DNA of 64,000 nt from Eledone cirrhosa (taxonomy: Eukaryota), in contig OZ024742.1 in NCBI GenBank assembly GCA_964016885.1, positions 278,566,001 to 278,630,000 on the forward strand. Direction: 5' to 3'. The stretch's first letter is position 1; every line of letters starts with the position of its first letter. A model generated the notes under the pieces. The model did not search any database and had not been told where the DNA came from. It saw only the letters and a program-made list of their open reading frames with translations. This document shows positions 14,315 through 27,996 of this stretch, in pieces. A program made the translations under genes and the position numbers.

Positions 14315-14315
<1 letters not shown>
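11930..14315 (+). mobile_element. Internally deleted, decayed Tx1-clade LINE flanked by (ATT)n
   Basis: ORF1 remnant LCMGRRTARVRISRIPPELNFWW is homologous to MYMGRRAQKIKIHTILPIMNIWW at about 34810. CCHC knuckle remnant at about 13205-13255. Endonuclease fragments 13740-13950 align with 36065-36180 and 36617-36690. The 3' UTR, AATAAA (14306) and tail resemble 39500-39566. No RT domain. Confidence 0.8.
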
Positions 14316-14345
<30 letters not shown>

Positions 14346-14700
14346 GTGGCATAGAATTGCGTCCCTTTACGTTCTGAGTTCAAATCCTGCCGCGGTTAGC
14401 TTTGCCTTTCATCCATACCAGGGTTGATAAATTAAAGTGCCAGTCTTGCTCTGGGGTCGATTTAATTGACTTTCCCTTCCATCAGCATTGCTGGCCGTGT
14501 GCCTAAAGTAGAAACAATTATTAGCGACATAGAGTTACGGCCCTTTATGTTTTGAGTTCAAATCACCTTGAGGTTAACTTTGCTTTTCATCCTTACGGGG
14601 TCGATAAATTAAAGCATCGGTAATGCACTGGGGTCGATGTAATTGACTCCCCCTTTTCTTCAACTTGTTGGTATTTTGCGAGAATTTGAAAGCATTATTT
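14346..14700 (+). mobile_element. Two tandem family-A SINEs
   Basis: gagttcaaatc...ctttcatcc...gataaattaaag core occurs twice (about 14346-14522 and 14523-14700). Confidence 0.8.
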
Positions 14701-15119
14701 AGATTATATATTTAATTGAACTCGTTTTTGTTGGCAGTGGTGGTTGCTTTATGTCTTGCGTTTGAATTGTGGTGGTGAATTGTCATGATGGTGGTATATG
14801 TTAGCGTTGGAGACGTTGATCATGGTGTTGTTGCTAGTGGCTGAGGCAGCAGTGGCTCTGGTGGTGGTGTTTGGTCTGGCGTTGGTGGTACTGTCGTGAT
14901 CACTGGGGGTATAGAACAAAATATATCTATAGTTCTATTGAATTTTACCTTTAATTTACTTTCGGTTTTCATTGTTTCATTAGGGAATCATTATTGAGAG
15001 TGAAAGAGGATGAGAGAGTGAGTAAAAGAGAGAGATAGAGAGAGCGAGAGAGAGAGGATATACAGAGAACGGTAGAGGAGACACACAGAGAGAAGATAGA
15101 AAGACACACACACACACAT

Positions 15120-15160
<41 letters not shown>

Positions 15161-15312
15161 ACTGCATATATATATATATGCAGTTTCGAAAGTTGTTGCT
15201 CTTTCTCATTCTCTATTCTTCAGTCATCTGTATACTCCTTTTCTCCCTCACCCTCACCCCCTATCATATCCCCTTTTCTTTTTATCGTTATAATACCTAA
15301 TATTTATGTATA

Positions 15313-15402
<90 letters not shown>

Positions 15403-15413
15403 GAGAGAGAGAC

Positions 15414-15565
<152 letters not shown>

Positions 15566-15758
15566 TCAGAAATAAATAGACGGAGTTGAGAGATAGAGAT
15601 AGATAGGTAAAGAGAGACAGAGAGGCTGTGAAAGACAAAGAGAGAAAATGGGAAGAAATAAGGGGTGGTAGATAAATGAATAGGACGAAGAAAGAGAAAG
15701 TGTATGAAGGGGGGGGGGAGAAAGAAAGTTTCGGTGACAGCAAATTTATATATATATA

Positions 15759-15800
<42 letters not shown>

Positions 15801-15848
15801 AAGTTTTATACACACACACACACACACACAGACACACACACACATATA

Positions 15849-15895
<47 letters not shown>

Positions 15896-16584
15896 GGTTA
15901 TAACAAAAATACGGAGAGAAAGACAAAGAAAATGAGAGAGAAATCAAAGAAGACGTTGAAAAAGCGATCAATAAAGATAAAAAGAAAAATGGGAGAGGAG
16001 AGGGGGTAAGGGAGAAAGGGAGTAGACAGAGGACTGGAGAAGAGAGAGTGAGAAAGAGCAACAACTTTCGAAACTGCATAGTTTAAAGGAGAGTAAATAA
16101 ATAATAAATTCATATGAAAAAATATATAAAAATGTCTGAATTACAAATACAGACGCTATTTTAGTTTCTTATATTGTTGTTCATTTTATATCTATGTTTT
16201 ATTTAAGATCTTTTATTTTATATAATAATGTCTTTTTTCAAGTGTTTTATATTTTTGTTCAATATTTAACTATATCTATTAAACTCTGAAATTTGGCAAG
16301 TTATAACTCAAGGGATAAAATAATACAGAATTCGGCTGATTGAAAACCCTCCTTCGGATTTCAATAGCCAATAGTATTTTATAAAATGAAATTGATTTTA
16401 CATTTGCTGCTGCAGGAAATCCATTCATGATAATAAAACACAACAACAACAAAAATAAGTATAAAAATAATAATAATAACATTAATAATAATTGTAATAT
16501 ATAAAATGATAAAATACTGATAATATATTAATAAAAAAAAAATCGATACTGAAGAAAATTAGATGAAAATAAATGCATTACGAC

Positions 16585-16669
<85 letters not shown>

Positions 16670-18069
16670 TATTTATATATACACATATATATATATTATA
16701 TATATATGTATTTATGTAATTGAATAAATAGAAAATTCAATATGGTCTCCTTGCTTCACAATATGGTCGTTTCTCAACATAAGCGTCCTTACAGAAAATG
16801 TTTTCACGCAGTAAGACATTTCAACAATGCAACACAATTTCACTTAGTTCATTAACACTATTCGAAATCTTTTGAATCACCCGGTGATTTCAGATCAATT
16901 AACACTAATTTCAATACCTGTACAAATGAGTTAATTTTAATGTTCATATCGTCTTTTGCATGCATTAAGAAAGAAAAAATGAATATTAACCATTAACTAC
17001 TTCGTCTTTTAAATGAAGGCTTTTGGACTCTATTCACAAAACATCTTTAATGGAAAAAATGAGTAAAGTAGAGAAATGTAATAAATGAATATTTCATTAT
17101 GGAAAAAACCCAAATCAACCGAGATTGGCGTGAGGAAGTGAGAGATCGAGATCATATATTATTACTTAGAATAAGTAAATGGATCTGTTGACACATCTTA
17201 AGCATTATGCACCGCAGAAATTCCTTAACATTGTTTATTAGGCGGTTAGCTGGTGGAACGTTAAACGTCGGATGGAAAGTATTTCGATTTTGTTCCAGTT
17301 GGCTCTCCACCAAACTTTGTGTTCAAATCTGCTCTCACGCTTATGCCAATAGATGGCCTAAATAAAATCTCTAACAAGTTTGTAAGTGTTAGACGTGGCA
17401 GCTGAAACGAGTGAGAGATATGTACCGGAACAGGACTGGTGATTTTTTTCGACCCGAAAAGGATGAGAGGCAAAGTAGACCTCGGTGTAATTTGTACACA
17501 GTGTGCAGCAGAAAGCCGCTGAGGCAAAAGCCGCGAGTGAAAAAGGGGAGAAGGTATCTATGTACGTTCGCAAATGCATGGTCACATGAAACCATTAGAA
17601 AATAATGTTAAAAGCCACAGAATCTTCTGATATTACAAGTAATGGCCGTGAAAAGAAGAATATTGTAGTGATTAATGTTCCATTATTTCTGAATTAATAA
17701 GATCGTTAGAATATAACAGAAAATGGTACAGCGTGGCATTTGTTCCTAGCATCAGCACTGAGTTTAAATTCCGTCGATGTCAACTTTGCATGTAATCTTT
17801 TCGGGTGGATAAAATAAATGACCAGCCCATGGCATTGGCTTGTTTAAATTGCTAGCAGCATTGTCAAACAGTGTCTATTAAAGATTATAAATCATGCACA
17901 ACATTAAACAATAGACCTGCAGAATAACCTAGGAGCACCTGACCAAATATACGATCTGCCAGAAAGCACGAACAAATCTGCACACTATAGGTAACCTAAC
18001 ATAGGGGTATGTTTTTCAACATTGTCTTCGTGCAATATGGGGTTGCACATTGCATTTGCTCCTTCCTTT

Positions 18070-19200
18070 AAGCAGATAGGCCGACAGGAGATTGTATTTG
18101 TATGTTTGTATGGCTAATATAACAATTGGTGTCGTGAAGCTTACAACTTTGATGACTGCAACTGAATTCATAAATCACATTGGTTATTAGCAGCTTCTTC
18201 ACAGCTATTGTTAAGAAGACATCAACTTTTGTGATGTTTTTAGCTGATGAGTGATAATCTATAATTTGATGTAACACATTTTGTTTTGTGTTTTATGAGA
18301 TTTTTGATAATGCGTTTCTCTATTCTGTAGTTTGTATGCATTTGATTCATATAATACGCCTTTATGGTGGTTTATGTTCTTTTAATAGGTGTGGTATCTG
18401 ATGCATTTGTTGTATTTTATTTCTACAGATTCTATAGTTGCTCTATTAGTTTGATGGAATATCCATTGTCAATTACTGTTTGTTTCATTCTGTGGATTTA
18501 CTTATCCAGTTTTTCGGTTAGAAATTAACTGCTCTTCTAAGCAGAGATTTATCACTCATATTTTTGTCTCTGTGTTGACATTCTCTGTCTCTATGGATGT
18601 ATATACATTAAGTGGTGGCTTTAGTATAAAGGGGCGTGATATAACTGTCATTTTCTATTTGAACAGTTATATCCAAAAATAGTCATTTTATCGCTAGGAG
18701 TGTTATGATTATTGTTCTGGGTGTTGAATTTTAGAACGGAGTGGTTTACTAAGTCCCTTTAATTTTCCATTCTGGCGAATATCTCGTTCACATACATCGT
18801 GTATATCGTATGCTTATGTCTTGGGAGCACTTTGCGTCAAATATGGTGACGTAGAACGCTCGAACGTGTGCCTTGATGGAGAACCAATAGCCACTCCATC
18901 ATTTTACTTATATAATTTGTCATGTAAACTGTGAAAGGGAAATTCTGTTATAGAATACATTAGTAATGTCTTTCTTGTGTTAGCAGATATCGAGTTTTCA
19001 CATGTTATGTAATATGGGTACTATTGTTTCTGCTACAGTATAGTCGGAAAAAGGACATTCAACGTTTAAGGTGAGCTTTTTTCTAAGTTTCTAGGTATTC
19101 TACCTAATATGGTATATTGACAGCGCCGGTGCATCTATTAGATCAACTAGGCGGCCACCTCTAGCAAGCCATAAAGTATCACTGTTTTATAAACAAATTT
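18070..19200 (-). pseudogene. Decayed Penelope-like element (RT plus GIY-YIG endonuclease)
   Basis: Minus-strand fragments in canonical order: SLNVEC (SLDVESLF-like), DGVAIGSP (GVAMGSP), LFLDITV, YTKP, then NVIYEFSC...CYISHT (GIY-YIG). Many stops and frameshifts. Confidence 0.8.
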
Positions 19201-19761
19201 ATATAATTAACTTAAGTATACAATAATTTCCTAATATCAGTAAATAAAACACTAAATATTTTTGTGGAATACCCAACATGCCGAAGAAGGAATCATATCG
19301 TGTTATGACCTGTCATATGATTTGGTGAGGGTGAGTGTTGACTGTATAAAGTAAAATATGCTGTTACTAATTTTCTTAGTATGGTCTTAGTATGGTCAGA
19401 GAAAAAAAGTATGAAATCGTAATCCCGCTAGCTTAGCAAACTTGAGTTTAAATTATTTTATTTGGATGAATGGATTGCATAATTAGAAGTTAGAGCAAAT
19501 TTTAAGGCACTAAATACCTGGAAGTGACCCTGTACTGTATATTGTGTGTCTCCGGGGTGTATAGTTTGTTAATTTTTATCTAGTTGTTTAGCGGCCATGA
19601 GTACCGGTATATTTATGTGAGATACGGATTATTTTACATGTTCATGTTTACTGTGAGATAGATATGTCTTGGAGTAAGTCCTCCAACGATGTGCGAGAAA
19701 GGATTATATCAACACGTGGAAAACTTGTTTAAAATACATTCTTTTCCTCTTATTTGCAAAT

Positions 19762-19814
<53 letters not shown>

Positions 19815-19913
19815 ATACCCCCCCCCACACACACACATACACATACCCCCCCCCCCCCCCACACACACACGCACACACACGCACACACACTCTCTCTCTA
19901 TATATATATATAT

Positions 19914-21060
19914 AAGTATAAGGAAAAAAGATGAAATCGAAAATGTAACTGGAATCATTTAAAAAAATATATATATATATTTATTTGGTTTCTTTACCGG
20001 TTTCGCAGTTCTTCTGCTTTTCAAAAGTAGAGTTGAGATGGAGGGTTGTGGTTTTTCTCACATCTGGTTGGTCTTTGAATGTTACTTGTTTTATATGGCA
20101 AAAAGTGGCTCGAAATGCCAGGCTTTTAGAGAAGTAATTTGATTGGTTGGTGATTAAGTATAATACATTTCGCGCCAGTTCGCGTTACAATGTTCTTCAA
20201 ACAAGGGGGGGGGCTTAGGTTATTTTTTCATATGCGAGTGAAGTTTGGTTGGTTGATGCAGTCGCGTGATGCAGTTACACACACACATAACACCCCCCCC
20301 CCCACACACACACAACTCCCTCCCCCATTTCTACTAATCATCTTCCTACACACACACACACAAGTACACACGTAAACATACATATCTCTACTTTCTTTAT
20401 TTCAATAGAATGTCTGACTTCTGACACCCCAGTGAACCAGCCATATTCACTGAATCAGAACAATTCTCCCCATCCCGTTTCTCTTGACCATTATCTTTTG
20501 TTTGCCACAAAATTCTCCAAAAGGCTACAAAACAAATTCCCAAATACGGGCCCGAAATTAATGAATTTGTTCACGTGACAGTCATAATTTAATTTATAAC
20601 CAATCAAATTACTTTTTTTAAAAAAGAGCCTTCGTGAGCCACTTTTTTAAAGTAAAAAGAAATTCAAACACAAACTGGTGCGAAAGCTGATGTGCTTATT
20701 CACGTGACTGCATCAACCAACCAAACTTCACTCATATATGAAAAAACAACCTGAGACCCCCACCCCTCTTTGTTTGAAGAACTGTGTACGCGAACTGGCG
20801 CGAAATGTATTATACCTATTCACTAACCAATCAAATTACTTCTCTAAAAACCTGGCATTTCGAGCAACCTTTAGCCATATAAGACAAGTAACATTCAAAG
20901 ACCAACCAGATGTGAGAAAAACCACAGACCCTCCATCTCAACTCTCCTTTTGAAAAGCAGAAGAACTGCGAAACCGGTAAAGGAACCAAATAAATATATA
21001 TATTTAAAAAAAAACAAGACCACAGTTGAATTTTCGATTTCAACTTTTTTCCTTATACTT
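19914..21060. repeat. About 355-bp-arm inverted repeat starting at (TA)n
   Basis: 19914-20269 is the diverged reverse complement of 20700-21060. A third partial copy lies at 28938-29080. Confidence 0.9.
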
Positions 21061-21120
21061 CCACTCGTGCACTCGTGTAGGACAAATTGGTTATTTTTCA
21101 TTTTGTAAAAAAAACCTCAC

Positions 21121-21170
<50 letters not shown>

Positions 21171-21757
21171 AATATATATGGAGAATAAGATGGCTGTGTA
21201 GTTGCTAGTTAAGTTAGGCTTAAAAATGGAATGAGAATAAGAAGAAAGCAAGAACGGATGCGGGGAGGGGGAGTTTTCCTCATCGGTTGTCTATTGGGGG
21301 TCTCGGATATTTCAACGCTTTAAAGAAAATAGATCTACCCCCAGGGCGTTCAATAACCGCGTAAGTTATTGAGAAAACGGAGGAGGGAGAGAAGGAAAAT
21401 AGAAAGGAATAGGGGAAAAGAGAAAACAGGGAAAGAAACAACAAACTGAAGAATGTGCAGCAACTGAAGGCGAGAGAATCCAAGACCACAGCGGTAACAG
21501 AACATATGTTCAAGAGCGTGTGATCGCGACGAAAAAGACGATTGACGCAAGCGAGTGTAAGTGGGAAAAAGACTGCTAGAAGGTCAGGCGAGGGAAACAA
21601 TGAGGTGGCAAGCAGAGAGATGGTGAATGAAAGTGACAGGGAAAAAGGGAGAGGAAGAAAGAGGGGGAAGAGTAGATAGTAACAAAATAGGTAGGTAGAG
21701 GGAGAGAGAAGACGGGTCACAGCGAAACATGATAAAATATATGGAAAATAGGATGGT

Positions 21758-21833
<76 letters not shown>

Positions 21834-21859
21834 ATAATATAATATAATATACGAGATGT

Positions 21860-22330
21860 TTATAAATAAACATTTTGAAAGCCCTATAACTATGAATATT
21901 GAAAATCTGACGGCTAGAGAGATCTAGCAGATTCTAGCAGAAATAGTAGAGGATAACTGTCGACGCGTTTCTGGCTTACATAGTGCTTCCCCCACCCTTC
22001 TCCATCCTGGAATTTGAAAGAGGCGAAAATATATAATTTTTTCGCCTATGTACATCGACTGATAATCATCGTTTGCATATGGAGCTGTAAGGCCGGCTCA
22101 GCTTGAAATTAGAATTAAAGGTGTTCACCGCCACATAGTTCTAGGTATTTGAATTTTGTATATCTAATGATATAGGCTATGTTTACGAATAAATATTTTG
22201 AAAGCCCTTTAGGCCTGAATATTGAAAGGCTGACGGGTGGCACCGTCTAGCGGATTCCAGCATAATGAGTAGAGGATAACTATAGATGCGTTTCTGGTTG
22301 ACGATCTTCATCTGGACAGTGGTTCCCTCA
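21860..22330 (-). mobile_element. Penelope-like terminal repeat remnant (about 323-bp period) with decayed hammerheads
   Basis: The block ataaa(c/t)attttgaaagccc...gtagaggataac occurs twice. Minus-strand composite of the two copies: ACTGTC-C(A)GATGA...GAAACGCGTC-GACAGT. YIGE codons (tacataggcgaa) lie between the copies. Confidence 0.6.
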
Positions 22331-22536
22331 TCCTATATATATATATATATATTTATATATAAGCAAAAGGGATATTCAATTTGTTAGAAATTCACCAAAT
22401 ATAAATGTTTATAACTGATTCAGAGCACTCGACAGTTTTTTTTTTTTTGATAATATTCAAGGAAAACTATCCAAGGAAAACTTGAACCGTTAAGGTATTT
22501 TTCTTGGTTATGTCAAAATTTCTCAAACAAACTTTG

Positions 22537-22597
22537 TATTTTATCTGATGAAAGCGTACCAAAGTTCTGGTACCCTTGAAATATATATACTAGAATA
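22537..22597 (+). ncRNA. Minimal type I hammerhead ribozyme
   Basis: tatttta(t)-CTGATGA-aagcgtacca/tggtaccctt-GAAA-tatatat-A-(c)tagaata. Stem II is 9/10 paired, stem III is palindromic, and the first stem I pair is mismatched. Confidence 0.65.
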
Positions 22598-22638
22598 AAT
22601 ATGGTTTTATAAATATAGTTTTATTTAATATCATTGAG

Positions 22639-22723
<85 letters not shown>

Positions 22724-22736
22724 ATGTGTGTGTGTA

Positions 22737-22801
<65 letters not shown>

Positions 22802-23229
22802 GTACATTTATATACATATCTATATAGATATAGATATATATAGATAGACATACAGGTAAAGAAACAATTGATAATAAAAATATCATACATCCCATTTATC
22901 CATGAAGGTGTTGAGAAAGTGAATACGTGCGAGCACACACGCACACGAACACACAGACAGACACACACACAGACAGACACAAACACACACACATACATAC
23001 ATACACACACACGCACACGCAAACACACAAACACACACACACACATATATATATATTTATATGTATATATGTATATGTATATAAACATATATATCTAGAT
23101 TCTATTTAATTAGATATATAATTAGTCAAGTATTCAAGTATAAGGTATTTGTATGTATGTTGGCAATGAAATATACCTAACATAACCTCTAATGTTTTTA
23201 CTGATAAAACGAGACGACTATATATTTAT

Positions 23230-23285
<56 letters not shown>

Positions 23286-23289
23286 ATAA

Positions 23290-23790
23290 CAATAAATTTG
23301 AAGACTAAAATCCAAAGAGGGCTCGATAAGGATAAATATATATCAAGTATATAAGAACCGTAGAGCAAATATTTATTAAAATAACAGATTAAAGTTTAAG
23401 CAAAGAATCGCTGCTTTGACCCTCAACGGGATCTTCTGAAACTAACAAAGTCAATCTGTAAACGCAGAAGTGGATATTTTAAAAAACGTTGCAACCGGAG
23501 GAAGACAGGAAGACGATACTTTGGTTCGTGGAAACGTTCCTTGGCAAAGAACGGGAAAAAACGAATATAATACGTCATTAATAGGAGCGGTGAAAAACAA
23601 TTACGCGCAAAGACAGAACCACGTTTATGGTATAAAAGAGGTCGTAGACTAATGTTCTCTTAGGTGGTTCATAGAGGCGTTCTCTGGCAATGAACGAAAA
23701 AAAACGAAGATAATACGTCATATGTGGAGCGTGGAGAACAATTGCACGCAAGGACAAAACCACGTAAATGGTATAGCAGAAGTTGTAGAC
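23290..23790 (-). repeat. Dispersed repeat with an internal tandem duplication of about 140 bp
   Basis: 23290-23378 recurs at about 59555-59640. 23390-23580 matches 6930-7130. taatacgtcat...gtagactaa occurs twice (about 23568-23652 and 23711-23793). Confidence 0.75.
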
Positions 23791-24554
23791 TAAAATTCTA
23801 ACTAGGAGACTGAATGAATTTCCGCTTCAGAGTTAAGAATAAAGTAAATAATTACAATACAGAGGTAATAGAAATTAAATAAATACATACACGCATACAA
23901 ATGTTCGGAGATGTAAGTCAACCAAAACATGAAGTACACATATATACACACCCTACATACGTACGAACCTGCATACTCACACAGACGCAAAACTCCCGTA
24001 TACACATAACCAAACCATATGTACCAGAATATAATTATACGCCATAACATATACAATCAAATATATGTACGAGAAAGTATACGTACCTTCACAAAACATA
24101 CAGGTAATATATACTTACCTATGCAAATAAGTAATGGTATAAAGAAAACATATACTTAGCTACCACATCAAGACGTAAAATATCCACGTATAGATCGTAC
24201 TATCCGTTAGGGTATAACGTGGGGCTGTAATACAGGAAAGTTTTGTGCAATTTTCGTTTCATTTTTTCCATTTATATATATATATATATATATATATAAA
24301 TGGAAAAAATGAAACGAAATTTCATTTCTCACTCTTAATACGGCTGTTACTTAAATATAAGTATGTATACGTACATACATATATGTATACAGACGTACGG
24401 TAATATGTATTTATATACTTACATGCACACATATATATATATGTACGTATGGATTTACCGAACATTTATTATAATGCTCGGTTTGTTTGCAAAGAAGCAT
24501 CCCAAATTAAGCCGTACAGTGTTTAGCAACCATCGTTGCCCTTTTGTTCAACAA

Positions 24555-24596
24555 ACATGTACTAGTTTCAAGCTTAATAGCTATCGTCAGCACCGT
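24555..24596 (-). ncRNA. Minimal type I hammerhead (stem I damaged)
   Basis: Minus strand acggtg-CTGACGA-tagctattaagctt-GAAA-cta-GTA-catg. Confidence 0.7.
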
Positions 24597-24787
24597 ATAC
24601 CTTCCTGCCAGATGATTGAACGTCTGAAAGTATATACATTCCTTATGCATATTAACGGCTGAGCAGCCTAATTTGCATGTCGCCCGGCCGATTAACTCAC
24701 TCGATATGCCTATCAGGCTGCTCAGCTGTTAATATGCATAAGGAAAGTATATACTTTCAGACGTTCAACCATCTGGCAGGAAGGTAT

Positions 24788-24830
24788 ACGATGCTGACGA
24801 TAACTAATAAGCTTGAAACTAGTACATCGT
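24788..24830 (+). ncRNA. Minimal type I hammerhead ribozyme
   Basis: acgatg-CTGACGA-taactaataagctt-GAAA-cta-GTA-catcgt. Perfect 6-bp stem I and palindromic ACTAGT stem III, with one stem II mismatch. Confidence 0.8.
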
Positions 24831-25221
24831 TCCTTTGTCAGTGTTGAACAAAATGGCAACGATGGTTGGTAAACATTGTACGGCTTAATTCGGGATGTTT
24901 GTTTACAAACAAACCAAGCATTATAACAATTGTTCTGTAAATCCATACGTACATATATATATATGTGTGTGTATGTATGTATATATATATACATACTACT
25001 GTACGTCTGTATACATATATGTATGTACGTATACATACTTATATTTAAGTAACAGCCGTACTAAGAGTGAGAAATGAAATTTCGTTTCATTCTTTTCCAT
25101 TTATCGTTCTCGGTACGCCCGGCCGATTAACTCACTCGATATGCAAATTAGACTGCTTAGCCGTTAACATGCATAAGAAAGTATATACTTTCAGACGTTC
25201 AATCATTTGGCAGGAAGGTAT

Positions 25222-25264
25222 ACGGTGCTGACGATAGCTAATAAGCTTGAAACTAGTACATCGT
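25222..25264 (+). ncRNA. Minimal type I hammerhead ribozyme
   Basis: acggtg-CTGACGA-t-agc-taataa-gct-t-GAAA-cta-GTA-catcgt. Stem I includes a G.U pair. Confidence 0.85.
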
Positions 25265-25465
25265 TCCTTGTCATTGTTAAACAAAAGGGCAACGAAGGTT
25301 GGTAAAACTGTACCGCTTAATTCGGGATGTTTGTTTACAAACAAACCGAGCATTATAATAAATGTTTGGTAAATCCATACGTACATATGTATAAATGTGT
25401 GCATGTATGTATATATATACATACTACTGTACGTCTGTATACATATATGTATGTACGTCTACATA

Positions 25466-25536
<71 letters not shown>

Positions 25537-25537
25537 G

Positions 25538-25619
<82 letters not shown>

Positions 25620-25693
25620 CGTATGTGTGTATATATATATTCGTCTCGTTTTCTCAGTAAAACATTATAGGATATGTTAGGTATACATACATA

Positions 25694-25798
<105 letters not shown>

Positions 25799-25952
25799 AT
25801 GTATATTGGTGTGCGTGCATGCGCGTGTGTATGTGTTCGTGTATGTGTGCGTATGGTGTTATTTATATGTATATATATATCTATATATATTTATATATAT
25901 ACGTATGCATATATTTACATACATAGATATACTTACACAAACACACACTCAC

Positions 25953-26043
<91 letters not shown>

Positions 26044-26630
26044 CGTGTGTGTGAATGTGTGTGTGTGTGTTTGTGTTTGTTTTTGCGTATACTTTGTGTT
26101 GTAGGTGTCAGTATCTATATTACTCAATCTATTTGTTCACACAATCAATGACTTCGATTACTCGCAGTAATTCCACTTGTTACTGGTCTAGCTAATTTCT
26201 ATGGAGGCAATTTCTTGCCACGGATTGATACGTATTCGAAATCTCTTCCATCAAAATCTCTTTTCCCTCGGACCGCTATAATTCATTTTTTTTTCCACGC
26301 CTAATTCTCGTATGTCTATATGCTGGGAAAGTGTAAACATAAGAAAAAAAAGAAGCTACCATTATTTATCCACGCTTTGATTATTAACATGAGTATGATT
26401 GTGATGTTATTGATGGTATTTAGCAAAAAAAAAAAATCCACATACATACAATACGTACCATTTAAAACTAGTTACGAATAAAAGTATCAATACAGAATCA
26501 CACGTACACATATATACATATATGTACATATGTATAAACACACATACACCCATACACACACATATCTATCTATCTATACACACGCACGCACACACACACA
26601 CACACACACATACACACACACACACACACA

Positions 26631-26725
<95 letters not shown>

Positions 26726-27049
26726 TTCTATATATTGGTAATGTCCCGTAATTTAGAAGTTCGAGAAAGTGTGATCGATGAAATAAGTTATTGCGTTGAT
26801 ATGATTGAGTAAATCTCTGGAAGGCTGTCAAATAATTGAAACCAGTAAGAATTAAAAATATATGCGTTTCAATGCAAATGACCATAATAATTGTCTGCAT
26901 ATGTAATTTGTAACCAGTGGCTCTTTAGCTTAGTGATTAAAGCTCCTGCCCCGCATCAGAGAAATGCGGCATTAGATTCCACACAGGCACCTCTATTAAC
27001 TTCTTCCCGTCTTCAAGGGTACTTTACTCGATTTCCTTTATTATTATTA

Positions 27050-27235
27050 ATGGCTGTATCGGTAGAGGGTCGGACGCCATGCTTTGAGGCATAGAGTTAA
27101 GGCCCTTGCCATTCTGAGTTCAAATCCACCGAGGTTAACTTTGCCTTTCATCCTTACGGAGTCTATGAAATAAAGTACCAGTAATGCACTGGGTAATTGC
27201 TGGCCTTGTGCCAAAAGTAGAAACAATTATTATTA
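27050..27235 (+). mobile_element. Family-A SINE, near full length
   Basis: tggctgtatcggtagag head, gagttcaaatc B-box, core and (ATT)n tail. Confidence 0.85.
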
Positions 27236-27891
27236 ACATGGAACGATTATTATTATGGTTATTTGCTTTGGGGTGCAAATTTTCCTAATGGTTCATAAGT
27301 GAACAGCTTTGTTTAATCATCTTGCTACAAGTTTAAAATTATGTAAAATTTCGGAGGTGATGGTCTCTGTCTCTTTAGAACAATGGTTTATATAATCACC
27401 CTGCTGGTGTGATATGCAGGGGTCAATTTGTTGAAGGCATCAAACAAATTGTTCCGCCTCCAGGGATTCTTTAACTGATTTTCTCGACAAATATTGATAT
27501 TGACCTACTATTATTATAGTCATATGCGCTGGGACGCCCACATTTCAATTTTCGCCTATGCATTCTCAGTCAACAGTTTTATTTATATAATAACGTATAA
27601 CATTTAAAAATATATTTATATAGATGGGTATGAAAGCGGTGAGGCTGATAGCAAAAATGAGGATTATGGAAATGATAATGTTGATGGCGATGATGATAAT
27701 GACGTAGCAAATGAAAATAGATTATATTTTTTGCTCTTTGTAAGCTTAAACGTTTTCATTGTGCAAAGTTCTCTTTCTATGCATTCCTTTTCTATTTGTT
27801 CATTTTTATATTTTATATTATTTCGATATATTCTATATATATGAGTATATGTGGATGCATAATCATATATATATGTATATGTATATATATA

Positions 27892-27996
<105 letters not shown>

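Larger units (their letters stand above)
24250..25470. mobile_element. 434-bp hammerhead-bearing repeat: one inverted plus two tandem units (retrozyme-like)
   Basis: Unit in minus orientation at about 24296-24680, then two plus-orientation units at about 24681-25114 and 25115-25470. (TA)n at both ends and a short extra inverted piece at 24250-24273. Confidence 0.9.
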
